NCBI GenBank assembly: GCA_021786105.1
Contig: JAJYNW010000005.1
Location: forward strand, 61,070-125,069
Source of the DNA: a bacterium
GTDB lineage: Bacteria > Patescibacteriota > Microgenomatia > Daviesbacterales > UBA10151
DNA: 64,000 nucleotides
Direction: 5' to 3'
The position numbers and the translations under genes are program-made. This document shows, in pieces, positions 38,675-49,155 of the stretch. Position 1 is the stretch's first letter. Every line of letters begins with the position of its first letter. The notes under the pieces were generated by a model. The model was given only the letters and a program-made list of their open reading frames with translations, was not told the DNA's origin and did no database searches.

Positions 38675-40168
38675 ATGTCGTTTGTCTCTGTACAGTTTAT
38701 AATATTTTTCTTCTTCGTTACGGCTCTTTATTTTGTCCTTCCCCATAAATTTAGGTGGTTTTTGTTGCTTATTTCCAGTGTGATTTTTTATATGGCCTTT
38801 ATTCCTCAATATATCTTAATTCTTTTGGCACTTATAATTATCGACTATACCGCAGGAAGATTAATTGCTTCCTCCAAGGGACACAAAAGAAGGGTTTACC
38901 TGATAATAAGCATTCTTTCAACTTGTTTGACTCTTTTTGTCTTTAAATACTTCAACTTTTTTATTGATAACTATGTTGATGTTGTACGTTTATTCCATGC
39001 GAAAAGTACAGTTAGACACTTGGATATTATTTTGCCCCTCGGATTATCCTTTCATACGTTTCAGAGTTTGGCTTATGTCATTGAAGTCTACAGAAAGAAA
39101 CAGAAACCTGAGAAAAATTTTGGAATTTATGCGCTGTACGTTATGTTTTACCCGCAATTGGTTGCAGGGCCAATTGAACGTCCGCAAAACTTACTGCACC
39201 AATTTTATGAAAAACATCATTTTGAGTATGAGCGAATTGTTAGTGGCTTAAGATTAATGCTTTGGGGCGTTTTTATGAAGATTGTCATTGCTGATAGGTT
39301 AGCGATGATTGTCAATTATGTTTACAAAGACCCCACGAAATTTGAAGGGTTACCTTTGATCGTGGCAACAATTGCTTTTGCCTTCCAAATTTTTTGCGAT
39401 TTTGCCGGTTATTCCAATATTGCTATTGGAGCTGCAAGAGTTATGGGTTTTAACTTAATGAAGAACTTTAACAATCCTTATATTTCCAGAAGTGTTCAGG
39501 AATTTTGGACCAGGTGGCATATATCGCTTTGTACTTGGTTTAGGGATTACGTCTATATCCCTTTGGGAGGAAACAGGGTAGGTATCCCGCGATGGGCCAT
39601 CAATATTATGATAGTTTTCCTTCTTAGCGGTTTATGGCATGGTGCGAATTGGACTTTTGTAATTTGGGGAGGTCTAAATGGTGTTTATATGATTATCCAT
39701 CGTTTTTTGGGTAAATACTTTTATGCACTAGCTGATCTTTTTTTCCTGCCGAAACAACAGACATTGTTTAAAGTCGTGCAGACGGTCACTACTTTCTCTT
39801 TGGTCACTTTTTCATGGATCTTTTTTAGAGCACAAAATTTAAGTGATGCTTTGTATATATCCACGCATCTTTTTAACCATCTAGGGAGAGATTTAGGTGG
39901 CTTAGTTAATATCAACGTGAACATGCTGCTGACAGGTATAGCTCAAAAAACAACTGTCTTGGGAATCCCTGCTTTCGATCTAATTATGGTGGTATTGGCC
40001 ATAATCGGTATGGAAACAATCCTTATTAAACAAGAGTCTGTAGGACTGAAGAAGATTTTCTCCTCAAAACCGATATTTCTTAGGTGGGCCGCATATTACA
40101 TTCTGATTTTCCTTATAGCCTATTACGTTACTACCCGCCAAGAACAATTTATCTACTTCCAGTTTTAA
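38675..40168 (+). CDS. MBOAT O-acyltransferase, AlgI/PatA/DltB family
   Basis: LPLGLSFHTFQ, FYPQLVAGPIER, DFAGYS, NFNNPY, FWTRWHISL.TWFRDYVYIPLGGNR, GLWHGA, FIYFQF. Confidence 0.95.
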   Translation: MSFVSVQFIIFFFFVTALYFVLPHKFRWFLLLISSVIFYMAFIPQYILILLALIIIDYTAGRLIASSKGHKRRVYLIISILSTCLTLFVFKYFNFFIDNYVDVVRLFHAKSTVRHLDIILPLGLSFHTFQSLAYVIEVYRKKQKPEKNFGIYALYVMFYPQLVAGPIERPQNLLHQFYEKHHFEYERIVSGLRLMLWGVFMKIVIADRLAMIVNYVYKDPTKFEGLPLIVATIAFAFQIFCDFAGYSNIAIGAARVMGFNLMKNFNNPYISRSVQEFWTRWHISLCTWFRDYVYIPLGGNRVGIPRWAINIMIVFLLSGLWHGANWTFVIWGGLNGVYMIIHRFLGKYFYALADLFFLPKQQTLFKVVQTVTTFSLVTFSWIFFRAQNLSDALYISTHLFNHLGRDLGGLVNINVNMLLTGIAQKTTVLGIPAFDLIMVVLAIIGMETILIKQESVGLKKIFSSKPIFLRWAAYYILIFLIAYYVTTRQEQFIYFQF

Positions 40169-40169
40169 C

Positions 40170-41408
40170 ATGAAGAAGGAGAAGTTGAATTCAGGAAGAG
40201 AAAGAGACAAGGATGTAAAAAGATTCCTGTTTAAACTGTCTATATTTCTTTTTCTACCTCTTGTCTGGATTATTGCTTCAGTGAACTCACTTCTTAATGA
40301 ACCGATAGACATAAACCAAATCCGTTCTTGGGAATCGCTATCTGTTTTAGAAAAGAACGCTTTTTTAAAAGGTCCTTTTTACCCATATATGACCCTGCAC
40401 AAAATTGAACAAGGAGATACGCCACATCCAAAGAGATTAGCGGTTGCTAAAGATGTTATATGGAAAACTGATCGATATGGATACAGAAAGGAAGACAAGG
40501 GAATGGATAAATACGATGTTGTTATTATTGGCGACTCTCAGACGGCAGGCTCAACTTTAACTCAAAACGATATGTTGACTGAGAAATTAGAAAAAGACTT
40601 AGGATTAACGACTTATCCCTACGCTCCTTCAAATATACTTTTTTATGCTCAAGATGAACGGTTTCAAAAGAATCCGCCTAAGATTGTAGTTTTAGCGTCA
40701 GCAGAAAAATTATTTATGAATATTCCGGATGTTGAAGGAGTAAAAAGTGCTTCTTTTATAGACCAATATTTGTCTCCTTTGGCTGCTAATAAGTGGGTTA
40801 TAAATATGGCAGTGATTTTTGACCGGCTCAAGAAGAAATATTTCGTTGACTATTTTAGGGCGATGATTTGGAGATTGCCGGAAGACATAAAACATTTGAT
40901 GGCTATTTCACAAGGACAACAGGCTAAAGTAGCTAAAAGCGGAGATGTTAACCTAGGACCAGTAGTCGTTTCTCCGCAGGAGGTCAGAGAAGGGGAAACT
41001 AATAATATTAATTTAGCATTGGACGGGTCGATGGTTTTTTCATTGCAATCTGATGACGCTTATATCGAAGTTACAGATAGTGAGTTATATTGGCAAGTGC
41101 AAAAAATGCTTCATTATCAAAAGTATTTTAAATCTCAAGGTGTACGGTTTATTATTATGCCAATTCCCAACAAAGAAAATATTTACTGGGAGAAGGTTCC
41201 AAGAGGGAAACATCCCACTACAATTCCTCAGTTCATTGAAAAGGCTCGGGAAGTTGGGTTAGAAGTTGTTGACTTACAAACTCCGTTTGAAAAATTCCAC
41301 CAAGAAAATCCTGAAGAGCTTCTATATAATATAGACGATACACACTGGAATGCCAGAGGGGCAGAGATGGCTGCTTCAATTTTGGCGGAAGAAATTAAGA
41401 AAAAATGA
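40170..41408 (+). CDS. SGNH-fold O-acetyltransferase, AlgJ/AlgX/PatB-like
   Basis: N-terminal TM; IIGDSQ, PIPNKE, DDTHWN..G; directly downstream of the MBOAT. Confidence 0.82.
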   Translation: MKKEKLNSGRERDKDVKRFLFKLSIFLFLPLVWIIASVNSLLNEPIDINQIRSWESLSVLEKNAFLKGPFYPYMTLHKIEQGDTPHPKRLAVAKDVIWKTDRYGYRKEDKGMDKYDVVIIGDSQTAGSTLTQNDMLTEKLEKDLGLTTYPYAPSNILFYAQDERFQKNPPKIVVLASAEKLFMNIPDVEGVKSASFIDQYLSPLAANKWVINMAVIFDRLKKKYFVDYFRAMIWRLPEDIKHLMAISQGQQAKVAKSGDVNLGPVVVSPQEVREGETNNINLALDGSMVFSLQSDDAYIEVTDSELYWQVQKMLHYQKYFKSQGVRFIIMPIPNKENIYWEKVPRGKHPTTIPQFIEKAREVGLEVVDLQTPFEKFHQENPEELLYNIDDTHWNARGAEMAASILAEEIKKK

Positions 41409-42520
41409 ATATATTAGTATTTTCATGGCGAGATCCAAAACACCCTTTGGCGGGCGGTGCTGAACAAGTTATGCACGAACATATGAAGGGGTGGATCTCC
41501 TCCGGCCATATGGTTACCCTTTTTGCATCATATACCCCGGGATTAAAAACAGAAGAGAAAATTGACGGAGTCCGGATCATTCGGATGGGGTATCAATACT
41601 GGGGAGTCCAATTGGCTGGCTTTTTATATTATTTAAAACATAAAGAGGAGTTTGATTTTATTGTTGACCAATTCCATGGTTTGCCATTTTTTACTCCTTT
41701 ATATGTCCGAAAGCCAAAATTGGCAGTAATTCAGGAGACTGCAAGAAAAGTTTGGTTTTTAAATCCCTTACCGCGACCCATAAACTGGTTAATAGGAATA
41801 ATAGGTTACTTGGGAGAACCGTTCATCTTTCTAATTTATAGAAATATGCCATTCATGACAGGCTCGGATTCAGCTAAAAAAGATGTGGAGAAAATGGGAA
41901 TTTCGTCTAATCATATTGCTGTAGTCCCGCATGGAGTTATTGTTAAAAATCCACCCACATCCATTAAGAAAGAACCAAAACCTACAATTATTTTTTTGGG
42001 AGTTTTATCAAGGGATAAAGGAATTGAGGATGCATTAAAGTGTTTCAAACTTCTTTCTCAAGGAAGAGACTTCAATTTTTGGGTAGTTGGTAAACCGGAA
42101 ACCGAAGAATATGGGAAAAAGATTGAAAAAATCACAAGCGCACTAGGGATGATGGGGAAAGTAAAGTTTTGGGGGTTTGTTTCACAGGAGAAGAAATTTG
42201 AACTTCTAAAAAGATCTCATATATTGGTAAATCCTTCTGTTAGAGAAGGATGGGGTTTGGTGAACATTGAAGCCAATAGCATGGGAACCCCAGTTGTAGC
42301 CTATGTATCTGCAGGTCTTACGGATTCTGTAAAGAACGGTTTAAACGGGGTACTTTGCAGTAAAAATACTCCTGAGAATCTAACAGAAGATATTTTAAGA
42401 ATCATAAGTAATGATAGCGAACTAAAAAAACTGCAAGAAGGGGCAGTTAAATGGAGCCGCAAATTTTCCTGGGATAACTCTGTGGAACAAAGTTTGCTGT
42501 TGATTGAAGGAAGAAGATGA
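41405..42520 (+). CDS. GT4 glycosyltransferase
   Basis: WRDPKHPLAGGAE, PHGV, DKG, PSVREGWGL..IEAN..GTP, FSWD. Confidence 0.9.
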   Translation: MNILVFSWRDPKHPLAGGAEQVMHEHMKGWISSGHMVTLFASYTPGLKTEEKIDGVRIIRMGYQYWGVQLAGFLYYLKHKEEFDFIVDQFHGLPFFTPLYVRKPKLAVIQETARKVWFLNPLPRPINWLIGIIGYLGEPFIFLIYRNMPFMTGSDSAKKDVEKMGISSNHIAVVPHGVIVKNPPTSIKKEPKPTIIFLGVLSRDKGIEDALKCFKLLSQGRDFNFWVVGKPETEEYGKKIEKITSALGMMGKVKFWGFVSQEKKFELLKRSHILVNPSVREGWGLVNIEANSMGTPVVAYVSAGLTDSVKNGLNGVLCSKNTPENLTEDILRIISNDSELKKLQEGAVKWSRKFSWDNSVEQSLLLIEGRR

Positions 42521-43464
42521 AAATTATAAGGAAAATCATTCCGTTTATTGTTGTAGGAGCCATATTTACTTTTCTCTTTGAGAATATATTGAGGCAGTGG
42601 CATAGTATTACAAGTATCTCCTGGAATCTAAATCCCGGGAATTTAGCTCTTTTTATAATTTTTCTTTTACCTATTTATGCTATTGATGCACTTTCATGGC
42701 ATTTGATAACCCGTGCTTTGGGAGCAAGAATTGACTATCTTAGTAATTTTAAATTATGGACTTTTTCAAACGCGGGAAGATTTTTACCAGGGTCTATTTG
42801 GCAATATGCAGGTAGGGTTTATTTGGCGCACCAAAAAGGGATGAGCAAGCCAAAGGCAACAACAGCTGTGGTTCTCGAAGCGTTGTTTGTGCTTTTACTT
42901 GGTTCAGTAATTATTTTGGCTACACTGACATTCTGGCAGTTACCAATTAGTATTATCCAAAACCGGAGAATGTTTACCTTAATTACTGCTGTCGGAGCGA
43001 CGCTACTTTTATTATTAGTAATCCTACTTAGTAACAAGCTTATCGCAGGATATCTAATAGGTTTGGTGAAAAAGCTTACTAAAAAAGATGGTGCTATAGA
43101 AGAGACTAAAATTCCGATCTCTCAACTTCCACTAATTGCAGGAAGCTTTTTTCTGCAATTTTTGTTTGGAGGTTTAGTACTTTTCTTTCTTTCAAGGAGT
43201 GTTGTAGATCTATCTTCAAGTCTTATACCGGTGTTTATCGGAATATATGCTGCTTCTTGGCTTTTGGGATATATCACTCTTGTGGCACCATCGGGATTAG
43301 GTGTTCAGGAAGTTACACTAGCGACGTTACTCTCGTCGTATATGCCGTTTCCTGTAGCTGTGGTAATTGCTATTTTACTTCGTATCTCTTTTCTTTCATC
43401 CGAAACATTAGCTTTGGTATTTAATTTATTAAGAAAGGCACAACTAGGTATAATAGATAAATGA
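42517..43464 (+). CDS. LPG_synthase_TM (UPF0104/AglD C-terminal-like) flippase-like membrane protein
   Basis: About 8 TM; GRFLPGSIW...GR, SWLLGY...APSGLGVQE, LLR. Confidence 0.8.
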   Translation: MKIIRKIIPFIVVGAIFTFLFENILRQWHSITSISWNLNPGNLALFIIFLLPIYAIDALSWHLITRALGARIDYLSNFKLWTFSNAGRFLPGSIWQYAGRVYLAHQKGMSKPKATTAVVLEALFVLLLGSVIILATLTFWQLPISIIQNRRMFTLITAVGATLLLLLVILLSNKLIAGYLIGLVKKLTKKDGAIEETKIPISQLPLIAGSFFLQFLFGGLVLFFLSRSVVDLSSSLIPVFIGIYAASWLLGYITLVAPSGLGVQEVTLATLLSSYMPFPVAVVIAILLRISFLSSETLALVFNLLRKAQLGIIDK

Positions 43465-44228
43465 AAAGAAATGATTACCAACTTGAATATGCCTCAGGCG
43501 TGCCTGAGATGTACAACAAAAAATCCCGTGAACAAAAGGCCAGAAGAATGGTGAAGATTTTAGAGTCTTACTGGGGGAAAGAAAAGATGTCCCGGTTAAC
43601 TTTATTAGATTTGGGATCCTCGACAGGTTTTATAGATAATATTTTAGCTTCCCATTTTAAGAGTGTCGTTGGGATTGATATTGATAAAGGAGCGGTAAAA
43701 TTTGCTAAGGAGAATTTTAGAAGAAAGAACTTATCTTTTACTGAAGGAAATGCAATGAATCTTAATTTTCAGGATAGCACTTTTGATGTGGTAATTTGTT
43801 CTCATATTTACGAACATGTTCCGAGTTCTGCCAAACTTCTCTCGGAGATTCACCGGGTACTCAAGCCCGGAGGAACTTGTTTTCTGGCAGCGGTCAATAA
43901 ATTGTGGCCACTGGAACCTCACTATAAATTATTCTTCTTGTCATGGATGCCTAAGAAATTGGCTAATATCTATATAAAGATTACCGGAAAAGGGAATTAT
44001 TACTATGAAAACTTAAGATCTTACTGGGGATTAAAGGTGCTTACTAAGGATTTTTATATCGTTGAGTACACGGACAAAATACTTCGTAGTCCTAGAATTT
44101 TCGGTTATGACGATGCTCTAAAATCAGGGAGTTGGCAGGAAAAATTTGCTTTTCTCCTATCTCCCTTGAGTAAGATTTTGTCACCCACATTTTTTTGGTT
44201 GTTAGTAAAAGAAGGAGAAATGAACTAG
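43461..44228 (+). CDS. Class I SAM-dependent methyltransferase
   Basis: LLDLGSSTG, VVGIDID, FDVVIC.HIYEHV, RVLKPGG. Confidence 0.9.
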   Translation: MKRNDYQLEYASGVPEMYNKKSREQKARRMVKILESYWGKEKMSRLTLLDLGSSTGFIDNILASHFKSVVGIDIDKGAVKFAKENFRRKNLSFTEGNAMNLNFQDSTFDVVICSHIYEHVPSSAKLLSEIHRVLKPGGTCFLAAVNKLWPLEPHYKLFFLSWMPKKLANIYIKITGKGNYYYENLRSYWGLKVLTKDFYIVEYTDKILRSPRIFGYDDALKSGSWQEKFAFLLSPLSKILSPTFFWLLVKEGEMN

Positions 44229-44232
44229 GGTT

Positions 44233-45216
44233 ATGAAAGCGTTTGTTACAGGAGCGACAGGTTTCATCGGACAGAATTTAGTTAAACGTTTAATTGCTGA
44301 TAGCTGGGAAGTGAGTGTCTTGATTAGGTCAAAAGGAAAGATGGGAGATTTGGATGGCAAAAAGGTAAATATTGTTTCCGGTGATTTAACTGATCTAAGT
44401 AAAGTAAAGAACGCCCTTAAAAAGAATGATGTGGTTTTTAATCTAGCAGCGGTATTAATGCACCATAAATTACCTGAAAAGAAATACTGGGAGACCAATG
44501 TTACGGGTTTAGAAAATTTATTGAAAATTTATCAAAACTCCAATATAAAGCGATTTGTCCATGTTTCTACAGTTGGTATATATGGACCTACAGGAGGAAA
44601 GATGCTTGACGAGTCATCTCCTATTCATCCCTCAGATATTTATTCAAGGACAAAAGCTACTGCAGAAAATTTATTATTCAGGTATTATAAAAAGACAGGT
44701 TTCCCGATGACTATTGTAAGGCCGACGATTGCTTTTGGTCCGGGTGATTTGCGCCCAGGTTTTTCAAATCTTTTTCCACTGGTAAAAAAGAAACTTTTTA
44801 TTCCGATAGGAGATGGGAAGAATTTTTTTCATACAGTATATGTAGAGAATTTAGTTCAAGGTTTAATACTTGCGGCGACTCATAAAAATGCTATAGGTGA
44901 AGATTTTATTATCGGAGACGATCCTTGCCCAACTATGGAAAAGCTAATAAGGACAATCGCTGAAGTTGAAGGAGTTACTTTATTCCCGCTCTCTTTGCCT
45001 CAGGATTTAGCTTTGCTAATAGGGAAAGCGTTTGATTTAGGAGATAAATTTAATATTCCTCAAGTATTGAACTCAAAGAGAGTTAAATTTATTACCGAGA
45101 ATAGAAAATACGATATTTCAAAGGCGAAAAAATTAATCGGGTACCACCCCTTTTTTGATCTAAAAACTGGGATTCAAAAAACTTTTGATTGGTACCAAGA
45201 GAAGGGACTAATATGA
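44233..45216 (+). CDS. NAD-dependent epimerase/dehydratase (extended SDR)
   Basis: VTGATGFIG, NLAA, HVST, YSRTK (YxxxK), RP...FGPGD. Confidence 0.9.
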   Translation: MKAFVTGATGFIGQNLVKRLIADSWEVSVLIRSKGKMGDLDGKKVNIVSGDLTDLSKVKNALKKNDVVFNLAAVLMHHKLPEKKYWETNVTGLENLLKIYQNSNIKRFVHVSTVGIYGPTGGKMLDESSPIHPSDIYSRTKATAENLLFRYYKKTGFPMTIVRPTIAFGPGDLRPGFSNLFPLVKKKLFIPIGDGKNFFHTVYVENLVQGLILAATHKNAIGEDFIIGDDPCPTMEKLIRTIAEVEGVTLFPLSLPQDLALLIGKAFDLGDKFNIPQVLNSKRVKFITENRKYDISKAKKLIGYHPFFDLKTGIQKTFDWYQEKGLI

Positions 45217-46466
45217 AAATCTGTGTTTTAACCCATACATTTCCCCGTAATGATAAGGATGTATCAGCGGCGTTCATGAAAGAATTTGCCGATGGTTTAG
45301 CTCAAAATGGCAATCAGGTAACAGTAATTACACCTTATGATCCCAAATTTTCCAGGAAAAATGATCCATTTAAGGTAATTACCTATAAATATATTTGGCC
45401 GGATAGCCTACATCTATTAGGTTATTCACAGACAATGGAGGAGGATGTCAAACTTCGCAAGAGGGCATATATGTTGTTACCGTTCATGTTACTTTTCTCG
45501 TTGATAACTTTAGTTAAGGTTATTAAGAAAGAGAGAATAGAACTTATCTCTGTCCACTGGATTTTACCTAACGGATTAGTGGCTTTTATCGCTTCGCTAA
45601 TTACAAAAGTACCGTATGTCGTAACTTTACCAGGAACAGATGTTTATCTGGCGAGTCGAATTAAGCCGTTTGGTTGGGTAGCGAAAATTATTGCTTTAAA
45701 TGGGGCAGGAATTACATCAAACAGTTCGTATTTATTAAAAAGGTTGCTAAATTTAGGAATTTCTAATAAGCCAACTCTAATTATTAGTTACCCAGCTGAT
45801 GTGTCGAGATTTAAACCTTTGGAGGCTAATAAAAATCAATACAGAGAAAAATTTGGATTAGAAGTCAATAATTTTGTTATTTTAGCGATTGGACGTTTAG
45901 TTTATAAAAAAGGTTTTGAATATCTTATAAAATCACTACCTGATGTTTTAAGAAAGCATACTAATGTACGTCTTTTAATTGGTGGCGATGGGGATTTGAA
46001 GCCGGAATTACAGAAAACAGTTGAAAAAATGGGTTTGCAAGACAAAGTTATTTTTGCAGGGACGATTTCTCGGGATGAAATTTTAAACGTCTATAATTTG
46101 GCTGATGTGCTAGTGGCTCCTTCGGTAATAGATAAAAAGGGGAATGTTGATGGGGGACCGGTTGTGTGTTTAGAATCTATGGCTTGTGGGAAGCCGCAAA
46201 TAGTTACTAATATTTTAGGGATGGCCGATGTGGTGGAGGATGGTGTAAATGGCTTTATTGTTCCAGAGAAAGACCCTCAAGCTTTAAGTGCAGCAATCGA
46301 AAAACTTGTTGTGTCTCCAAAACTTAGGAAAGAGATGGGAATAAAAAATCGGCAGCTAGTTACAGAGAGACTCGGAACTCAGTCTGTGGGGAAAATATAT
46401 ACTGATTTTTTCAACGATGTTTTAAAGAATCGAGGTGTAAAACAGAAAAAGCTTTCATATGCATAA
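45213..46466 (+). CDS. GT4 glycosyltransferase
   Basis: HTFPR, HWILPNG, GRLVYKKG, PS.....DG.PVV.LESMACGKP. Start moved to ATG 45213. Confidence 0.9.
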   Translation: MKICVLTHTFPRNDKDVSAAFMKEFADGLAQNGNQVTVITPYDPKFSRKNDPFKVITYKYIWPDSLHLLGYSQTMEEDVKLRKRAYMLLPFMLLFSLITLVKVIKKERIELISVHWILPNGLVAFIASLITKVPYVVTLPGTDVYLASRIKPFGWVAKIIALNGAGITSNSSYLLKRLLNLGISNKPTLIISYPADVSRFKPLEANKNQYREKFGLEVNNFVILAIGRLVYKKGFEYLIKSLPDVLRKHTNVRLLIGGDGDLKPELQKTVEKMGLQDKVIFAGTISRDEILNVYNLADVLVAPSVIDKKGNVDGGPVVCLESMACGKPQIVTNILGMADVVEDGVNGFIVPEKDPQALSAAIEKLVVSPKLRKEMGIKNRQLVTERLGTQSVGKIYTDFFNDVLKNRGVKQKKLSYA

Positions 46467-48552
46467 GTTAAAACTTATTTCAGATTGGAAAATTGCCGTT
46501 GTGCTCAGTTTATTGTTTTTTGTGGTAGCTGTGATCACACTTCCTGATTATGGTATCAACTGGGACACCATTAACCACTTACCTAGGGGGCAGGCCTACC
46601 TACATTATTTTTTGACAGGAAATAAAGACTATAACGACCTGCCTGAATGGAGTATATATTGGCAGAACCCTCAATCGCTTTCGATAAATGCAAATTTACC
46701 CAGTGATGAAGTAAAAGGGCGTAGTTTTTATGAGAGTGTTGGTATGCCGTTTACTTGGATGATACAACATGAGGGAGGAAGTAGTGGAGGCGGTCATCCT
46801 CCTTTAAGTGACATACTCTCCTCAGTATTTAATGTTGTCTTATTTCAAAATCTGGGAATAATAAATGATATTGATTCGTATAGAGTTTATAGCATACTCC
46901 TTGCATCTTTATTGGTAGGTTTGATTTATAAGTGGGTTGCGTCAAAATATGGAAAGTTACCTGCATTAATATCTGCCCTATCTTTAGCGTTATATCCTCT
47001 TTTTTGGGCAGAATCTCATTTTAATAATGAAAAGGATATACCGGAAACCGTTTTTATATCATTTATGATTTTCTTTTTCTGGCAGGGAATCGTTCAGGAG
47101 AAATGGAAGAAGGTTTTAATTTCTGGTTTATTTTTCGGTTTGGCTCTGGGTACGAAATTTAATGTCTTATTTGTCCCATTTATTATTTTGCCCTGGCTTA
47201 CAATATATTGGTGGGGTAAAAAACAAGAATGGGAAAAAGGGTTTGGGAGATGGTTTCTTTCTAAACGTAGTCTATTTTTTTCTTCCGTTGCAGCACTTGC
47301 AATTGGCTCTGCTATATTTATTTTTTCTTGGCCTTATCTTTGGACGAATACAATCTCCCGGGTTGCCAAGGTGGTTGGGTTTTATAAAGAGATAGGCCTT
47401 ACTGCTAATATCAATCAGAACTACGTTGGCCCATTTAAAATTAATACCTATCCCATTCAGTGGATTGCTTATACCACTCCGCCCATAATTTTAATTTTAA
47501 CTTTAATTGGGATTATCTCTATCCCAAAGTTAATAAGAAAAGATAATGAAAAGCTTTCTTTATTAATTTTGTTGTGGTTGGCAATCCCGATTTTGCGGGT
47601 TACAGCTCCCGGTACAACAATTTATGGTGGTATCCGCCAGATTATGGAGTATATTCCTCCGTTGGCAATTCTTTCAGGTATTGGAACTGCAACTATACTT
47701 GGGCTTTTGAAGAAAAGGCTTTACCGGTTTATTGCTATTGGATTAATTGTTCTGGGATTTTCATTTAACATTTATCGTCTGATATCTATTCACCCGAATG
47801 AAAATGTGTATTTTAATTTTTTAATTGGAGGTTTGAAGGGCGCCAAAGAGAGAAATATTCCTTCCTGGGGGAATACTTTTGGGGCAGCTTATAGAGAGGG
47901 AATTATCTGGATAAATAAAAATGCTGAGCCAGGTAGTTCGGTAGTAATGGCGCACGGTTTAATGCCAAACATACCCAAGATTTGGTTAAGGTCCGACCTG
48001 AACTTTACCAATAGTTTACGGAGTGGATATTTACGTCAGGGAGAGTATGCTATCTCTTTAACTTCCGAAGGAACAGATGATTCGTCGTACTATGACACTT
48101 ACCTGTCTAAATTCATGAAACCAGTTTATGAGGTAAAAGTAGATGGTGTAGATATTTTGGAAGTTTGGAAAAATGATAATACTCATCTGATTTCCCCTTG
48201 GAATGAAGAAAATTTGTCGGGGGTAAAAATGACCAGAGATAATAATGGACTGACATTTGATTTGGGTCAGGTTGAGAGGGTATCGAGATTAGAAATTGAT
48301 TATCAGGAAAGTAGTTGTCAGCCTTTAAGTTCCGGGTATGTGAGATATTCAGTTAACGGTAAAGATTGGGGAGAAAATGAAGGGAAGCTTCCTCAAAGTT
48401 GGAGAATAGCAACATTGGGTCAGCAACCAAAGGATGGAAAATTTTTAGAACCTTTTGTTGGTCAAGAAATTCGGTATATAAAGCTAGGCCTATCACCGCA
48501 AGATGCTTGTTTAAACAATGTAGTAGACTATAAAGTGTTTGCATTTAAGTAA
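46459..48552 (+). CDS. GT-C glycosyltransferase (PMT_2-like) with C-terminal discoidin-like domain
   Basis: DYGINWD, GHPPL, SHFNNEKD, GTKFN, YGGIRQ, HPNE.VYFN; C-terminal TFDLGQVERVSRL...SVNGKDW...RYIKL. Confidence 0.8.
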   Translation: MHKLKLISDWKIAVVLSLLFFVVAVITLPDYGINWDTINHLPRGQAYLHYFLTGNKDYNDLPEWSIYWQNPQSLSINANLPSDEVKGRSFYESVGMPFTWMIQHEGGSSGGGHPPLSDILSSVFNVVLFQNLGIINDIDSYRVYSILLASLLVGLIYKWVASKYGKLPALISALSLALYPLFWAESHFNNEKDIPETVFISFMIFFFWQGIVQEKWKKVLISGLFFGLALGTKFNVLFVPFIILPWLTIYWWGKKQEWEKGFGRWFLSKRSLFFSSVAALAIGSAIFIFSWPYLWTNTISRVAKVVGFYKEIGLTANINQNYVGPFKINTYPIQWIAYTTPPIILILTLIGIISIPKLIRKDNEKLSLLILLWLAIPILRVTAPGTTIYGGIRQIMEYIPPLAILSGIGTATILGLLKKRLYRFIAIGLIVLGFSFNIYRLISIHPNENVYFNFLIGGLKGAKERNIPSWGNTFGAAYREGIIWINKNAEPGSSVVMAHGLMPNIPKIWLRSDLNFTNSLRSGYLRQGEYAISLTSEGTDDSSYYDTYLSKFMKPVYEVKVDGVDILEVWKNDNTHLISPWNEENLSGVKMTRDNNGLTFDLGQVERVSRLEIDYQESSCQPLSSGYVRYSVNGKDWGENEGKLPQSWRIATLGQQPKDGKFLEPFVGQEIRYIKLGLSPQDACLNNVVDYKVFAFK

Positions 48553-48555
48553 TAT

Positions 48556-49155
48556 ATGAAATTTATATCTTTTATTTGGCTAAAAGCTGCCTTTATTTTT
48601 AACCCAGTCCAGATGTTTTTTAACGGAAACTTTTGGGAGGTTTTTGCAAAAAAGTTTGGAAGCTACACACAAAAAACTGTAGTGGATTTGGCTTGTGGCA
48701 CAGGAGAGTTAAGAAAAAGTATAAAACCTAAAAAATATCTCGGAATAGATATTAATGCTGCCTATATTGATTATGCCAGAAAGAACATCAAGAGTGAGAA
48801 TACAAAATTTATTCTTGGAAATGCTTTAGAATTCTCCCTTCCGGAAAAGTTTGATATTGCCTTTTTAATTGCAGCTGCTCATCATTTATCAGATCAACAG
48901 CTGCTAACCTTATTTTCAACAATTGAGAAGAACAAGATTAAAAATTTTATCCTTATAGATGACATTCCCCAAGGTTTTCTATCGAACATATTAATGTGGT
49001 TGGATGATGTTTTAGGAGGTGGAAAATATTTCCGACAGTTGGATGAGTTGGCGGATTTGGTGGGACGTAAATTTAAGATCGAAGATCAAGGGACTTTTTC
49101 GGCGCGGGGCTCTTTCTACAAGTACCGTTATATTGTTTCTTCCTCAAAAGCGTAG
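48556..49155 (+). CDS. Class I SAM-dependent methyltransferase
   Basis: VVDLACGTG, YLGIDIN, FD......AHHL. Confidence 0.85.
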   Translation: MKFISFIWLKAAFIFNPVQMFFNGNFWEVFAKKFGSYTQKTVVDLACGTGELRKSIKPKKYLGIDINAAYIDYARKNIKSENTKFILGNALEFSLPEKFDIAFLIAAAHHLSDQQLLTLFSTIEKNKIKNFILIDDIPQGFLSNILMWLDDVLGGGKYFRQLDELADLVGRKFKIEDQGTFSARGSFYKYRYIVSSSKA

